A DNA stretch of 64,000 bases from a virus (Duplodnaviria > Caudoviricetes), in the IMG/VR virus record IMGVR_UViG_3300025601_000007; one strand, given 5' to 3'. Made by a program: the position numbers and the translations under genes. Shown one piece after another: positions 8,563 to 17,917 of the stretch (positions are counted from its first letter, which is position 1; each line of letters opens with the position of its first letter). The notes below the pieces were generated by a model. The model worked only from the letters and a program-made list of their open reading frames with translations, was not told where the DNA came from and searched no databases.

Positions 8563-10614
8563 TCATAGCTCAATATTTGATAAGTCGAGAGTGTCATCTC
8601 CTCGATACTTAATGTCTGTGATTCGTCTGATTGCTATTCCTTTCATCTCTAACCAGTCTCGCACTTCTTTAATGACTCTGTCGGATGCGTGAGTATTGTT
8701 TTTCCCTTTTAAGGCGTCAAATACAATTCCATCATAGTAATCTATTGTCAAGCCCAAAGTGAACCTTAGTTGCTCCCCTTGTTTAATTGGTTTTCCAGAT
8801 ACAAGCAACTTGCAAACCAGCATTTCGTCATCCAGGGTTTTTTGTGCATATCGCCCAGCTGAATGGTCCATTTCCTGTCCTTCTTGAACAAAATCATGAA
8901 ACGTGTCGAGGATTTTGATTCTAACTTTTCCTTCATACTCTGGCGGTAGCTCCTCTAAGATTCTATACTTATCGACAATCTCTGTGAGTGCGCCGTTGTT
9001 TCCTTCCTCTGATTTAGAGAAATAGTTTTGTTGAGTCATAATTCCGTCGTGGAATTTAACGAGCGCATCATATTTTTTTATTTTATTGAAGAATTTGCTT
9101 CTTACAAAATTCTTCTTATGTTCTTCGTCTACAATTCGGTATAGATACTCGATAGCCATAATGGCATCGTCGTAAAACGCAAAATCAAAGTCCTCTACTA
9201 CTCTGTAGTCCAAGCTTTCTTGGATGACTCCTTTTTCGTCAACGAACGCATGCTTCTTAGATTCTTCCTGTACAAACGAAATGACGATATTAAATATTTG
9301 AGTCATCTCTTTTTCATCACATTCTCTTCTGTGATAAATTCTGTCAATAATCGCCACTAAGAATTCTTTCGGATGCTTTTGCATCAACGAGATTAGTTTC
9401 TTCTTGTCTATGAACTTGAAAAATCTAATAAGCTTTTCGTATTCTTTAAATGAGTCTATTCGTTTAAAGATAAACTTAGAGATTGCACCATCCTCAATCG
9501 CCTCTTTTACGTTCATATCACCTTTTTTCTGTCCACGCTGTGCACGGGCAAGTTGAAGAGCTTTTTCATAAGCCCTCTGATTTCGAACTTTTATAGTCAT
9601 CTCCTTCTCGTCACCGTGGGAAACAATTAGTTCTGAGCTATCGTCGGACTGGTCCTCAAGCTTCATTTCTACGTCTGTCTTGTAGATAAAGTCTCTAACG
9701 TTTCTATCTTCCCCAGATATGTCGTCATTGACTTGGTCGATATAGTTTTTTATGAGGAAGTTAAATATTGCCAATGGTGATGTGACTTCTGCTGCTTGAA
9801 TCTCTTCCAACGATGGAAGATGGCATTTCACCATTACATCATACAGGAACTCGGCTCCTTTAGTGATGGCCACAGTGGACAGGTTACTATAGAGTCTAAC
9901 TGCCATGAATATCGACAAGACTTTCTGAAGCTCTCCGAACCCTGTGTCTTTACTTCCTCTGATTTTAGAGATAATCTCTTGCATGACGTGAATTGAATCA
10001 GCATCAGGAACAAAGTTCGCTAGAGAGTTTATGAAGTGGTGAAGATTATGAAGACCAATAACGTATTCGGAATCTCTCGACAAGAAGTCTTGACACACTG
10101 AGGTAATATCACTGAGGTCTATTTTGAACTCTTCGTCTGAGTCTATGCTTTTATAAGTGGCCGAACTATCGATTTTGCTAAATGAGAGTTTTTTATATTT
10201 GACAGCTGTGTCATACCCTTCGTCATCTCTTACAAATCGCACGTGATAATAGTAAATGAAGAGGTTGTCTGCGTCGGTGTCCGTGTGGAACCCTGATGCA
10301 AACGTTTGACCCTCGCTCACTAAGTATTTTTTATCTAATGGGTGGACATAATTTGTTTTACACTTAGGGCACGTTGTTCCCTGGTGTATAGCCATTTTAA
10401 TGTCGTTGAACATCTCTGAAAACTCTTCTAAGTATTCTTTCTGGTCGTCCTGCACTAAATCAGTAACGTTATCTAAGGAGTTAAATTCATCAATATCCGA
10501 TGAGAAGTGATTTCCACACCTGCAATGAAAGTGGTCTTCTTCTTCTTTTTCATATGTGAAAGCGAACTTATTTTTGAGATTTATAATCTCTGGAAGCTGG
10601 CTGATTTGCGTCAT
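8563..10614 (-). CDS. PcfJ-like domain protein with N-terminal zinc ribbon
   Basis: N-terminal CRCG..CPKC; C-terminal FVQEGQEMDHSAGRYA..TL..ALKGKNN.HAS (PcfJ-type EGxxMxHCVGxY, Cys replaced by Ser). Confidence 0.7.
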   Translation of the reverse strand: MTQISQLPEIINLKNKFAFTYEKEEEDHFHCRCGNHFSSDIDEFNSLDNVTDLVQDDQKEYLEEFSEMFNDIKMAIHQGTTCPKCKTNYVHPLDKKYLVSEGQTFASGFHTDTDADNLFIYYYHVRFVRDDEGYDTAVKYKKLSFSKIDSSATYKSIDSDEEFKIDLSDITSVCQDFLSRDSEYVIGLHNLHHFINSLANFVPDADSIHVMQEIISKIRGSKDTGFGELQKVLSIFMAVRLYSNLSTVAITKGAEFLYDVMVKCHLPSLEEIQAAEVTSPLAIFNFLIKNYIDQVNDDISGEDRNVRDFIYKTDVEMKLEDQSDDSSELIVSHGDEKEMTIKVRNQRAYEKALQLARAQRGQKKGDMNVKEAIEDGAISKFIFKRIDSFKEYEKLIRFFKFIDKKKLISLMQKHPKEFLVAIIDRIYHRRECDEKEMTQIFNIVISFVQEESKKHAFVDEKGVIQESLDYRVVEDFDFAFYDDAIMAIEYLYRIVDEEHKKNFVRSKFFNKIKKYDALVKFHDGIMTQQNYFSKSEEGNNGALTEIVDKYRILEELPPEYEGKVRIKILDTFHDFVQEGQEMDHSAGRYAQKTLDDEMLVCKLLVSGKPIKQGEQLRFTLGLTIDYYDGIVFDALKGKNNTHASDRVIKEVRDWLEMKGIAIRRITDIKYRGDDTLDLSNIEL

Positions 10615-10630
10615 TGTAACTTAATTTTAT

Positions 10631-10920
10631 ATGATTTAGCGTAAAACTCACTCATCGCTTTTTAGCGTGGGTGAGATGTAAGCGTTTTTTTTATATATTT
10701 ACAAATAAGTTCTTTTTCGTTGTTTGCATAAAATCATAAGCGAAACAAAATATTAAGCTGTGGGTTGGGGACCAACTTCGCAGGATAAACAAAAAGGCGG
10801 TGAGGCGTTGCCATTGGGCAAGTCTACGAAACGCTGTAAATTCTGAATATGTATCTGCTCTTTGCATTTATATTTTTTTTAGAAGCCCTTCCATCAGCTT
10901 GCTGTGGATGGGTAGTTCAC
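10631..10920 (+). mobile_element. Non-autonomous IS200/IS605-type (PATE-like) cassette, 290 bp, divergent copy
   Basis: Preceded by TTTAT; left-end hairpin CTCACTCA-TCGCT-TTTT-AGCG-TGGGTGAG; right end GAAG-CCCTTCCATCAGC-TT-GCTGTGGATGGG-TAG-TTCAC; no tnpA or tnpB ORF. Confidence 0.85.
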
Positions 10921-10943
10921 AGAATATAATCAGTTACTTCAAT

Positions 10944-10983
10944 AAAACAAAAAAGAGACTTAAATTAGTCTCTTTTTTGTTTT
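10944..10983. terminator. Bidirectional intrinsic terminator
   Basis: AAAACAAAAAAGAGACT-TAAATT-AGTCTCTTTTTTGTTTT, perfect 17-bp inverted repeat. Confidence 0.85.
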
Positions 10984-10998
10984 ATATTTTATTGGTGT

Positions 10999-11939
10999 TT
11001 AGAAGCCTGGCTGTTCAAAGTTGATTCCAGCAATCTCATCAGGCGCTGCTCCTGCGTTTGGTGCTAAATCTGTGAGATTTGACTCTAAAGCAGCATTAAC
11101 GCCACGTGTGAATCCTTTTCCAATGTCTATCAGAACAGATGGATTTGAACGCTCTTCCCACTCAAGCGTGTCAAGGTATTCTTTAAAAGCGCTCTCGCCT
11201 TCTTGGCTGGCATGTAAAGCCTGTTCACCTGCTCCAAGTGTGCCTTCACTTAATCTTTTTTTTTAGACTCCATTAGAGTCGCAACTTTCTCAGCCTGGAT
11301 TTTAGTCCATTCTAGCAATTCATTTCTATTCTTGAAGGTAAACCCTTCTTTCGGCATCTCAATTGCTTTAGCTATAGCTTCTGGAACTGCTTCATTTTGT
11401 GCATCTTCGTGAACATCTGCTCCGTTCATCCCGACATTTGTTGCCTGGTCTGAGCTTAGATTTCCTTTTGCACCGACAAAAGTTTTTGTCCCTTCGTCAA
11501 CTTCCTTGTCCATAGAGTTCATTTTTGCTTCGCCATCTTTATCAAATGGTTCACCTTTCTCTTTGGTAGGGTTTGATTTTTTTGAATCAAAGTTTGCAGT
11601 TTTTTGACCAGCTGTGGCCGATTGGTCACTTGAAAGGTCTCCACCTGCGTTAACTTTAACCGCAGTAGACGCCGCTCCGTCACAGCCAGCCTCTTTGTCC
11701 ATTGTATTCATGGCAACGTTCATAGGGTCTTTGGCAGCAACTTTCGCTGATTTAGTTTCCTCGTTTCCACCAATGTTCTTAACTTTGGCTTCTGGATTTG
11801 CGCTTGCTCCACCAACCATCTTGTTCATAACAACATCAGTTGGATTGCCTGCTGCTTTTATCTCGTCAGCCTCGATTAGCCTTTGAGCTTGTCCGTGGAT
11901 GTATCTTACGAGGTCTTCTTTTCTGATTTGCTTAGACAT
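10999..11939 (-). CDS. Low-complexity probable head/scaffold-type protein; 229-aa ORF (11250-11939) extended by 85 aa through a frame change at an A9 run
   Basis: ...TCT AAA AAA AAA GAT TAA; one extra A reads RLSEGTLGAGEQALHASQEG...NFEQPGF* to 10999, ending just before the terminator; internal LSSDQ and MNxMDKE repeats. Confidence 0.7.
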
Positions 11940-11970
11940 GTGTATTCGTTTTGTTTGCTAGAATTCCCTC

Positions 11971-11978
11971 ATAAATAG
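11971..11978 (-). promoter_or_regulatory. Putative late-promoter motif CTATTTAT
   Basis: ATAAATAG on plus strand upstream of 11939. Confidence 0.6.
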
Positions 11979-12027
11979 CAAGGAAAACAACAAATTCAAT
12001 TTTTACGAAACTTTTATAGACAACCTC

Positions 12028-12036
12028 CGTATATTA
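12028..12036 (+). promoter_or_regulatory. CGTATATTA promoter-like motif upstream of the tRNA-like gene
   Basis: AAACTTTT..CGTATATTA, 8 nt before the predicted 5' end. Confidence 0.55.
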
Positions 12037-12044
12037 GAAGTAAA

Positions 12045-12121
12045 TAGCGTGATGTGGAAGTAAGACTCTCATTAAGTCTTTGGGGGATACCCCTGCTGCT
12101 GTTCGATTCAGCACACGCTAC
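12045..12121 (+). tRNA. Atypical tRNA-like RNA: CAT anticodon, no D-stem, long variable arm
   Basis: Acceptor TAGCGTG/CACGCTA; T-arm TGCTG-TTCGATT-CAGCA; anticodon arm (A)AGACT-CTCATTA-AGTCT(T); variable arm GGGG-GATA-CCCC; D region only ~10 nt (ATGTGGAAGT); no encoded CCA. Confidence 0.7.
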
Positions 12122-12147
12122 TAAAAAAAATATAACTCAAAAAGCAT

Positions 12148-13869
12148 ATGAATATAGTTAAGACTATTCTACTTGGAGGTATTGTTTACTTCTGTGTTTA
12201 TTTTGGACTTCCAACTTGGAAAATGGACAACCCCAACATGTGGCTTACATTTTTGTTTTGGGGAATTTGTGTCACAGTATTAGGGATAAATTGGTCTAAA
12301 AGCAAAGCCACACCTTTCACTTGGGTAGGGGTAATAATTAGTGTTTTAACAATAACTGTGCTTCTTTTACAGTCGATAGGGGGGAATCGATGGTTAAATG
12401 ACGAAAAATATCGAGATTTAATTGGGGTAGTGGAATATAAAGTATATTCAGATGAGGTGGCTCCAATTGACCAGTCAAAGATATTTGTTATACCGCCATC
12501 AACTGCTTTATTACTCGGCCAGAAGTCTCTTGTAGACCCAGAAGATACCACTGAAAACGTAGTTGGGTCTCAAGTTGAGATTGGTGAGTACGTTCTCCAG
12601 GAGGTTAATCAAGGGATTTACTATGTCGCTCCAACGCTTCACACAAGCTATTGGAAATGGCGTAGCAACAAACAAGGCACACCAGGATATGTAATGGTGA
12701 ATGCTGTTGATGAGAAAGATATTCAATACATAGACACGTACAACATTGTGTATCAACCAAAGGCTTGTTTTGACCAGAACTTGGAAAGGCACCTGTGGTT
12801 GAGCGGGTATTCGACAACTTATTTGACAGATTATCAGTTTGAAATTGACGACATGGGAAAGCCATATTGGGTTGTGACTATGTATGACAGAACTATTGGT
12901 ATGTCAGGGAAAGAGGTTTCTGGATGTTTAGTTGTAGACGCTGAAACTGGGGAAATAGAACAGTACACCACTAAAGAGGCTCCTGATTGGGTGGACAGGG
13001 TCCAGCCATCTCATATAATCCATGAACAACTGGTCGACTGGGGTTCTTTAGCAATGGGTTACATTAATTGGGATGATAAAAACAGAAAGAAAATCACAAA
13101 TGACATGAGTGTTGTTTACGGAAACGATGGAGATTGCTACTATTATACAGGTGTAACTTCTGTTGGGAAAGACGATGCTACTATTGGATTTATTGAAGTT
13201 AACACAAAAACTAAGAAAACCATTTTTTACAAAAAAGCAGGAGCCACCGAAGACGCTGCAATGAAGAGTGCTAATGATATGTATGCTGACCTTGGCTATA
13301 AAGCCACTTTTCCTAAAACATATAATGTTAATGGGGAGCCAACATACATAATGGGCATGCAAGCTTCCTCAGGCATGATTAAGGCCGTCTGTATGGTTAA
13401 CGTTGAAAACTATAATACTGTCGGAAATGGGGAGACTATAGGTTCAGCACTGCGCGATTACCGAGGCAAGTTAACTAGAAATATGCATGATGCTATATTA
13501 TCTGAGGACATTGAAAAAGATTTAGCTTTGCATGTCATACAAAGAATTAGGCAGGATGCTGAAAGTGGGATGTTCTATTTACTTTTTGAAGGTCAGGATA
13601 AAATCACCACTGTTGATGGAGTAAGTTTCCAAGAGGTTTTTTTAAGCGAAAGACAGGATTCAGTAGTTGTAGGAGTTATGCCTTCTGAATCGGAAACAGA
13701 ATCGGCTGTCTATTTTGACAACATTAACTTAGACATTCAAGTGTCCGACAAACAAGAAGAGTTAGAGTTTAATTTAAAAAATCCAGTAATTTACGATAAT
13801 GGTAATGAGACGGCCTTGCCTACGGGAAATAAAAAAGATTCTCGAAAAAAAGGTATACTTCCGAATTAA
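12148..13869 (+). CDS. Membrane-anchored protein (three N-terminal TM segments, large soluble domain)
   Basis: 573 aa; three hydrophobic segments in aa 1-78; repeated PYWVV / YYYTG / PTYIM type motifs. Confidence 0.75.
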   Translation: MNIVKTILLGGIVYFCVYFGLPTWKMDNPNMWLTFLFWGICVTVLGINWSKSKATPFTWVGVIISVLTITVLLLQSIGGNRWLNDEKYRDLIGVVEYKVYSDEVAPIDQSKIFVIPPSTALLLGQKSLVDPEDTTENVVGSQVEIGEYVLQEVNQGIYYVAPTLHTSYWKWRSNKQGTPGYVMVNAVDEKDIQYIDTYNIVYQPKACFDQNLERHLWLSGYSTTYLTDYQFEIDDMGKPYWVVTMYDRTIGMSGKEVSGCLVVDAETGEIEQYTTKEAPDWVDRVQPSHIIHEQLVDWGSLAMGYINWDDKNRKKITNDMSVVYGNDGDCYYYTGVTSVGKDDATIGFIEVNTKTKKTIFYKKAGATEDAAMKSANDMYADLGYKATFPKTYNVNGEPTYIMGMQASSGMIKAVCMVNVENYNTVGNGETIGSALRDYRGKLTRNMHDAILSEDIEKDLALHVIQRIRQDAESGMFYLLFEGQDKITTVDGVSFQEVFLSERQDSVVVGVMPSESETESAVYFDNINLDIQVSDKQEELEFNLKNPVIYDNGNETALPTGNKKDSRKKGILPN

Positions 13870-13874
13870 CAGCC

Positions 13875-13882
13875 ATATTTAT
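13875..13882 (+). promoter_or_regulatory. Putative late-promoter motif ATATTTAT upstream of infC
   Basis: 20 nt upstream of ATG 13903. Confidence 0.55.
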
Positions 13883-13902
13883 AACAAATTCAATACACCA
13901 AT

Positions 13903-14469
13903 ATGCGACGAGGCAAAAAAGCCCAACCTAAGAGACAGGATAAATTCACACACAGAGTCAACCATCAGATTAAAGTACTAGAGGTACGGTTAACAGGTGA
14001 TAGTGACAAGTTTGTATCAGGAGAAGTGTATAAGACCGAAGAAGCTAAAAACATAGCGGCAAGTCTTGAGCTTGATTTAATAGAGATTTCCCCAAACGCA
14101 AAGCCTCCTGTATGTAGAATTATAGAGCTTGGTAAATTTAAATATGAAATCAAAAAGAAGGCGCGAGAGCAAGAAGCTAAGCAGCGAATAGCAAAAGTTG
14201 AAACAAAAGAGATTCGTTTAGGGCCAACAACTGGTCCAGGTGACTTAGACTTTAAACGCGCTCATGCAATCAGCTTCCTGGAGGATGGAAACATTGTCCG
14301 TCTAAGCATGTTTTTCCGTGGCAGAATGATTGCAAATAAAGAAATTGGCCAAAAGCTAATGCTAGAGTTTGCGTCCTCCCTTGAAAGCTATGGGATACCG
14401 TTAGCGTTACCTAAGTTCGAAGGAAAAAGACTAAAAGTGGATATTAAGCCCAAGCCTAAACAAAAATAA
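13903..14469 (+). CDS. infC: Translation initiation factor IF-3
   Basis: HRVNHQIK..EVRL..LDLIEISPNAKPPVCRIIELGKFKYE.KKK..KEIRLGP....DLDFK..HAISFLEDGNIV...FFRGR. Confidence 0.96.
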   Translation: MRRGKKAQPKRQDKFTHRVNHQIKVLEVRLTGDSDKFVSGEVYKTEEAKNIAASLELDLIEISPNAKPPVCRIIELGKFKYEIKKKAREQEAKQRIAKVETKEIRLGPTTGPGDLDFKRAHAISFLEDGNIVRLSMFFRGRMIANKEIGQKLMLEFASSLESYGIPLALPKFEGKRLKVDIKPKPKQK

Positions 14470-14479
14470 GAAACTGCCG

Positions 14480-14671
14480 ATGAACGAGATGAAACTGAGA
14501 CTTGACGAACTCTTGATGGAGATGTACATCCCAAATGAGCGCAAAGACCTTAATTTCATCTCTAATATTCGCTGGCTTCTTGGAAATCTAGGAATATATA
14601 ACTCTGATTCTGAGGGTTATGATGAAGCTTTAGACCTTCTTAGAACGCTTACTAGAAAAATGCGTAGTTAA
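14480..14671 (+). CDS. Small hypothetical protein
   Basis: 63 aa, 10 nt after the infC stop. Confidence 0.65.
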   Translation: MNEMKLRLDELLMEMYIPNERKDLNFISNIRWLLGNLGIYNSDSEGYDEALDLLRTLTRKMRS

Positions 14672-15606
14672 TATTTTCGTTTTTTAGGACTAACTTTACG
14701 TTCTTTTAGAGCTGTAAAATTTCCTTTGGCTGTCTCAATTGTTGTGAGTTCGAAATATTTGTCGTCTTTCTTTAGCAGCTCAACAAGTGTTCCATCTTTT
14801 TTCTTGAATGTTACTCTTTCAAACACATATTTACTGCGTTCAGTCTTGATGTGCTCAGCAAGTACTGATTTTACAGTTTTTGATGCAATTTCTTCAGCAA
14901 TCTCACGAATAATAGCTTCATTCATGTGATACATATAATTCTGGTGCGCTTTATAGTCCTTACGCACCTCTGGAGTAGATTCTGCAACTGGAGAAACTTC
15001 TGAAGCAAACCCTTGTTTATCGCTAGCGAAATCTCTATATGAGAGAGCATTTGATTTAGCTGGTTGTTGTTGAACAGGCGACTGAGTAAGCGGCTGCTCC
15101 ATCTCAGTTTGTTTTTGTTGCAATCTGTTCTGTAATTGATTGGAAACATTCATTGCGTTCCAATTTGGGCCATAATTGTCAAGATTAGCTCCAATTTCTC
15201 CTCTTGGGCTCATTGAAAGCCTTGCACCACCACCGCTACCGTAGTCTGGGTCAAACATTTTATCGATAGCGCTCAACTCTGAGTCATTACTTCTATCCAC
15301 TCCTGATGAAAAATCAGCAACCGAAACTTTTTTGTCTTCGTCTACTGGGGCTCCGTTGTGGGGTTTTACTGGAATAGGATTGAATCCAGATGGTCCTGTT
15401 TTAGACTTTTTTGAAAACATTTCCTGGTACTTTTGACGAAACTGTCCACTAAGGACATCGCCATATTGTCTTCTAACGGCTGGTGAATGTGCGTTCCCAT
15501 TTACATCCCCCTCAGTAAGACCTCCTCCCACAGGTCCTTTGTACCCCAATGTCTGGAGTCTGTTATATCTTTCGTCTTGTAAGGTTTGATGATTCTGCTG
15601 ATTCAT
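14668..15606 (-). CDS. Hypothetical protein, probable virion-associated
   Basis: 312 aa, low-complexity middle; MNEAIIREIAEEIA motif. Confidence 0.7.
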   Translation of the reverse strand: MNQQNHQTLQDERYNRLQTLGYKGPVGGGLTEGDVNGNAHSPAVRRQYGDVLSGQFRQKYQEMFSKKSKTGPSGFNPIPVKPHNGAPVDEDKKVSVADFSSGVDRSNDSELSAIDKMFDPDYGSGGGARLSMSPRGEIGANLDNYGPNWNAMNVSNQLQNRLQQKQTEMEQPLTQSPVQQQPAKSNALSYRDFASDKQGFASEVSPVAESTPEVRKDYKAHQNYMYHMNEAIIREIAEEIASKTVKSVLAEHIKTERSKYVFERVTFKKKDGTLVELLKKDDKYFELTTIETAKGNFTALKERKVSPKKRKY

Positions 15607-15995
15607 TATCTAGGTAGTTCTGGGTTGTTTTCGTCATGGAGGCGAATGTTGCAAATTTTGAAATCATGTAGAAAGAAAAAACGGTGATATACTATTTTAT
15701 CTTCCGTAGATTCTTCTTCGTCAATACTCTCTCCCTTGTAAATAGCTTCAAATAGTGAATATTGGACGTCGCTCATTGTTAGACGACAAGTGAGAGAGCT
15801 GGGTCGAGATATTTCTCTAGATTTCCTGAATTTCACTTTTCCAACAAAATCGTTCATCATTATTTTGAACTCAATGTAACTTTCTTGTTCTACTTGTTGG
15901 TAAGTAACGGAGTCTCCATAGAACTCCTCAAACTTATTAGTGCTTCCATCGAACTCAAGGTCGACTAATGCTTCTATTGGTTGTTTTTTTGCCAT
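15606..15995 (-). CDS. Hypothetical protein
   Basis: 129-aa ORF, stop overlaps the next start. Confidence 0.7.
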   Translation of the reverse strand: MAKKQPIEALVDLEFDGSTNKFEEFYGDSVTYQQVEQESYIEFKIMMNDFVGKVKFRKSREISRPSSLTCRLTMSDVQYSLFEAIYKGESIDEEESTEDKIVYHRFFFLHDFKICNIRLHDENNPELPR

Positions 15996-16281
15996 AAGTG
16001 TAAATGATTACTGTGTCTAGTGTTTCACTCCACCAAGCGTAGTATGATTTGCTTCTTTTTGAGCCGCCTCTAAATAGCAAAGAGTCTATAAGAGAATTAA
16101 CGCTGAGGTTTTTAAATTTCTTCTTCAAAGATTTTATTGATTTAGCAATTTCTTTGTCGTTATCCACTTTTATCTCAGAAAGTTCTTTTTTCTGCTCTTT
16201 AAAATCTCTTTTAAGCCACGTGACAATTTCAGTTTTAAACTTGTCTTGGTTTATAAGGATTTGCTTAATGGTATGATTCAC
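15955..16281 (-). CDS. Hypothetical protein
   Basis: 108-aa co-oriented ORF. Confidence 0.6.
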   Translation of the reverse strand: MNHTIKQILINQDKFKTEIVTWLKRDFKEQKKELSEIKVDNDKEIAKSIKSLKKKFKNLSVNSLIDSLLFRGGSKRSKSYYAWWSETLDTVIIYTYGKKTTNRSISRP

Positions 16282-16317
16282 ACTTAATGATAGTTTTTCA
16301 AGGAACTATTTTAAAGC

Positions 16318-17007
16318 TTAAACAGCTGCTGCTCCACCAGCTCCTCCACCTGCAACCGCTCCAGGCGCTTCTCCAGGAGCAGAGCTTAATCCAGGAACCA
16401 TTCCTGGCTGTTCTTGGCCAGGAAGCATATCATCGGCAAAGTCTTCTGGGGCTTCCTCGTTTCCAGTAAGTTTTTGTCTCCATTCTTTTTGCCATTCGTT
16501 GTAGAAATTGTAAATCTCAGGGAACAATTCTTTGTTTTCCTGGGTCAGCTCAACCCCTTCTGTTTCAATCCTTAGCCCATTGGGAATGGAAAACATCCAT
16601 CGCATATTTCCTTCATTTCCAATTTGAATATATCCAGATGCAGTTACAGCAATCCCTTTTGGGTTTTGCGTGAATGACATGCTTTTTCTGTTCTTGCCCT
16701 GCTCATCGAATGTGACAGTTGTGTTTGGATATTTTGAAAGCGTCTCGGCAAACTTTCTTTCAAATTCATTTATTTCACCAGCATCTATCTGTGGAATTGC
16801 TCCCTCAGCTAGGCCATATATTTTGTTGAACCCCGTGTCTTCATAGCCGCCATTAAACAAGATATTTTCAAATTCTCTGTCGTCCATCTTTGGAGGCAAA
16901 TCAGCTTGAGGCTTATTGGCTGCTGCTGCTTTTTCTTGCTTTAGCTTGGATGCTGCTGCTGACCACACCTCTTTTCTGATTAAATCTTTCAAATCTTCTT
17001 TGTTCAT
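16318..17007 (-). CDS. Hypothetical protein, probable head-associated
   Basis: N-terminal KEDLKDLIRKEV tag; G/A/P-rich C-terminus. Confidence 0.7.
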   Translation of the reverse strand: MNKEDLKDLIRKEVWSAAASKLKQEKAAAANKPQADLPPKMDDREFENILFNGGYEDTGFNKIYGLAEGAIPQIDAGEINEFERKFAETLSKYPNTTVTFDEQGKNRKSMSFTQNPKGIAVTASGYIQIGNEGNMRWMFSIPNGLRIETEGVELTQENKELFPEIYNFYNEWQKEWRQKLTGNEEAPEDFADDMLPGQEQPGMVPGLSSAPGEAPGAVAGGGAGGAAAV

Positions 17008-17008
17008 A

Positions 17009-17917
17009 TTAAATCTGGTTTATGAAGAACGCGCTCTTCTCCCATAAATACTTATACTGTAGCACAATCGTCTTGCGAATCATGTCCTTAACTTCTTTCT
17101 TGGACATGTATTCACCTTTTTTTGTTTGTGTTTCAAATTCTTTTTTGACAAACTTTCTAAGCTTGGCCTCTGTCCACGCATCAACTGATTCGTTTAAGCC
17201 GACAGTGCTGTAAGAGCCTTTTTCAAATGGTTGTGGGTCAACGTATCCAACTTCTTTGTTTGACTTGTTTTTTTGAGATTTTCCTGTTGAATTAAAAATA
17301 GATTTTGCTGGCTCAAAGGAAAGAACAAGCTCTTTTAAAAAGTCTTCAATTTCTTTTATGTCAGAAGGCATTAAAGGTCCGTTATATTGTTTTGGAACCT
17401 GTTCTATAAGAATATCCAGAGCCATCTTCAAAGCTGGCTCAAATTGATTCGTTCCTTTATCTGGGTACTCTTCAATCCAAGCAAGATGAACTCTGGTAAT
17501 TACACCTTCTTCGTAAAGCTTGTTTGAAAAGTCTTCCTTTTGTTCAGAGTCCCAATCCTCTGTTTCATTCATACTAAACGCATCAAGAGTTTGCGCGTCG
17601 CCCTGATTGTTAATGGCATACATCTTCTTCCCTGGAGTAGACTTTGCTGCGTCAAACTTTTTCTTACTAGCAGTAATAACGCTAATAAAGGTGGAGATTA
17701 AGCTCTGCATCTCTTCCCTCCTGAGGCCAGATGAAAATTTTAGCTTTAAATCAGGGCCTGACTGAGTAAATAATTCTACAGTAGCTTTATACGTTCGTAC
17801 AAACCACGACTTATCAACACTTAAGTCAACACCAACTTCCTTAGCTATATCCGCAGCAGTTTCATCCCTTGTCAGATATTTAAAAAGTATCTCTACTGGA
17901 TATGTTTTATTTTCCAT
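17009..17917 (-). CDS. Hypothetical protein, probable head-associated
   Basis: GLNE followed by KLRKFVKKEF and VKDMIRKTIV tags at the C-terminus. Confidence 0.7.
   Translation of the reverse strand: MENKTYPVEILFKYLTRDETAADIAKEVGVDLSVDKSWFVRTYKATVELFTQSGPDLKLKFSSGLRREEMQSLISTFISVITASKKKFDAAKSTPGKKMYAINNQGDAQTLDAFSMNETEDWDSEQKEDFSNKLYEEGVITRVHLAWIEEYPDKGTNQFEPALKMALDILIEQVPKQYNGPLMPSDIKEIEDFLKELVLSFEPAKSIFNSTGKSQKNKSNKEVGYVDPQPFEKGSYSTVGLNESVDAWTEAKLRKFVKKEFETQTKKGEYMSKKEVKDMIRKTIVLQYKYLWEKSAFFINQI

Noticed and set aside
10921-10943. Guide of the divergent cassette targeting other AATATAATCA promoter sites (1958, 25820)
   Set aside because: Matches are only 10-11 nt and lack an adjacent TTTAT motif
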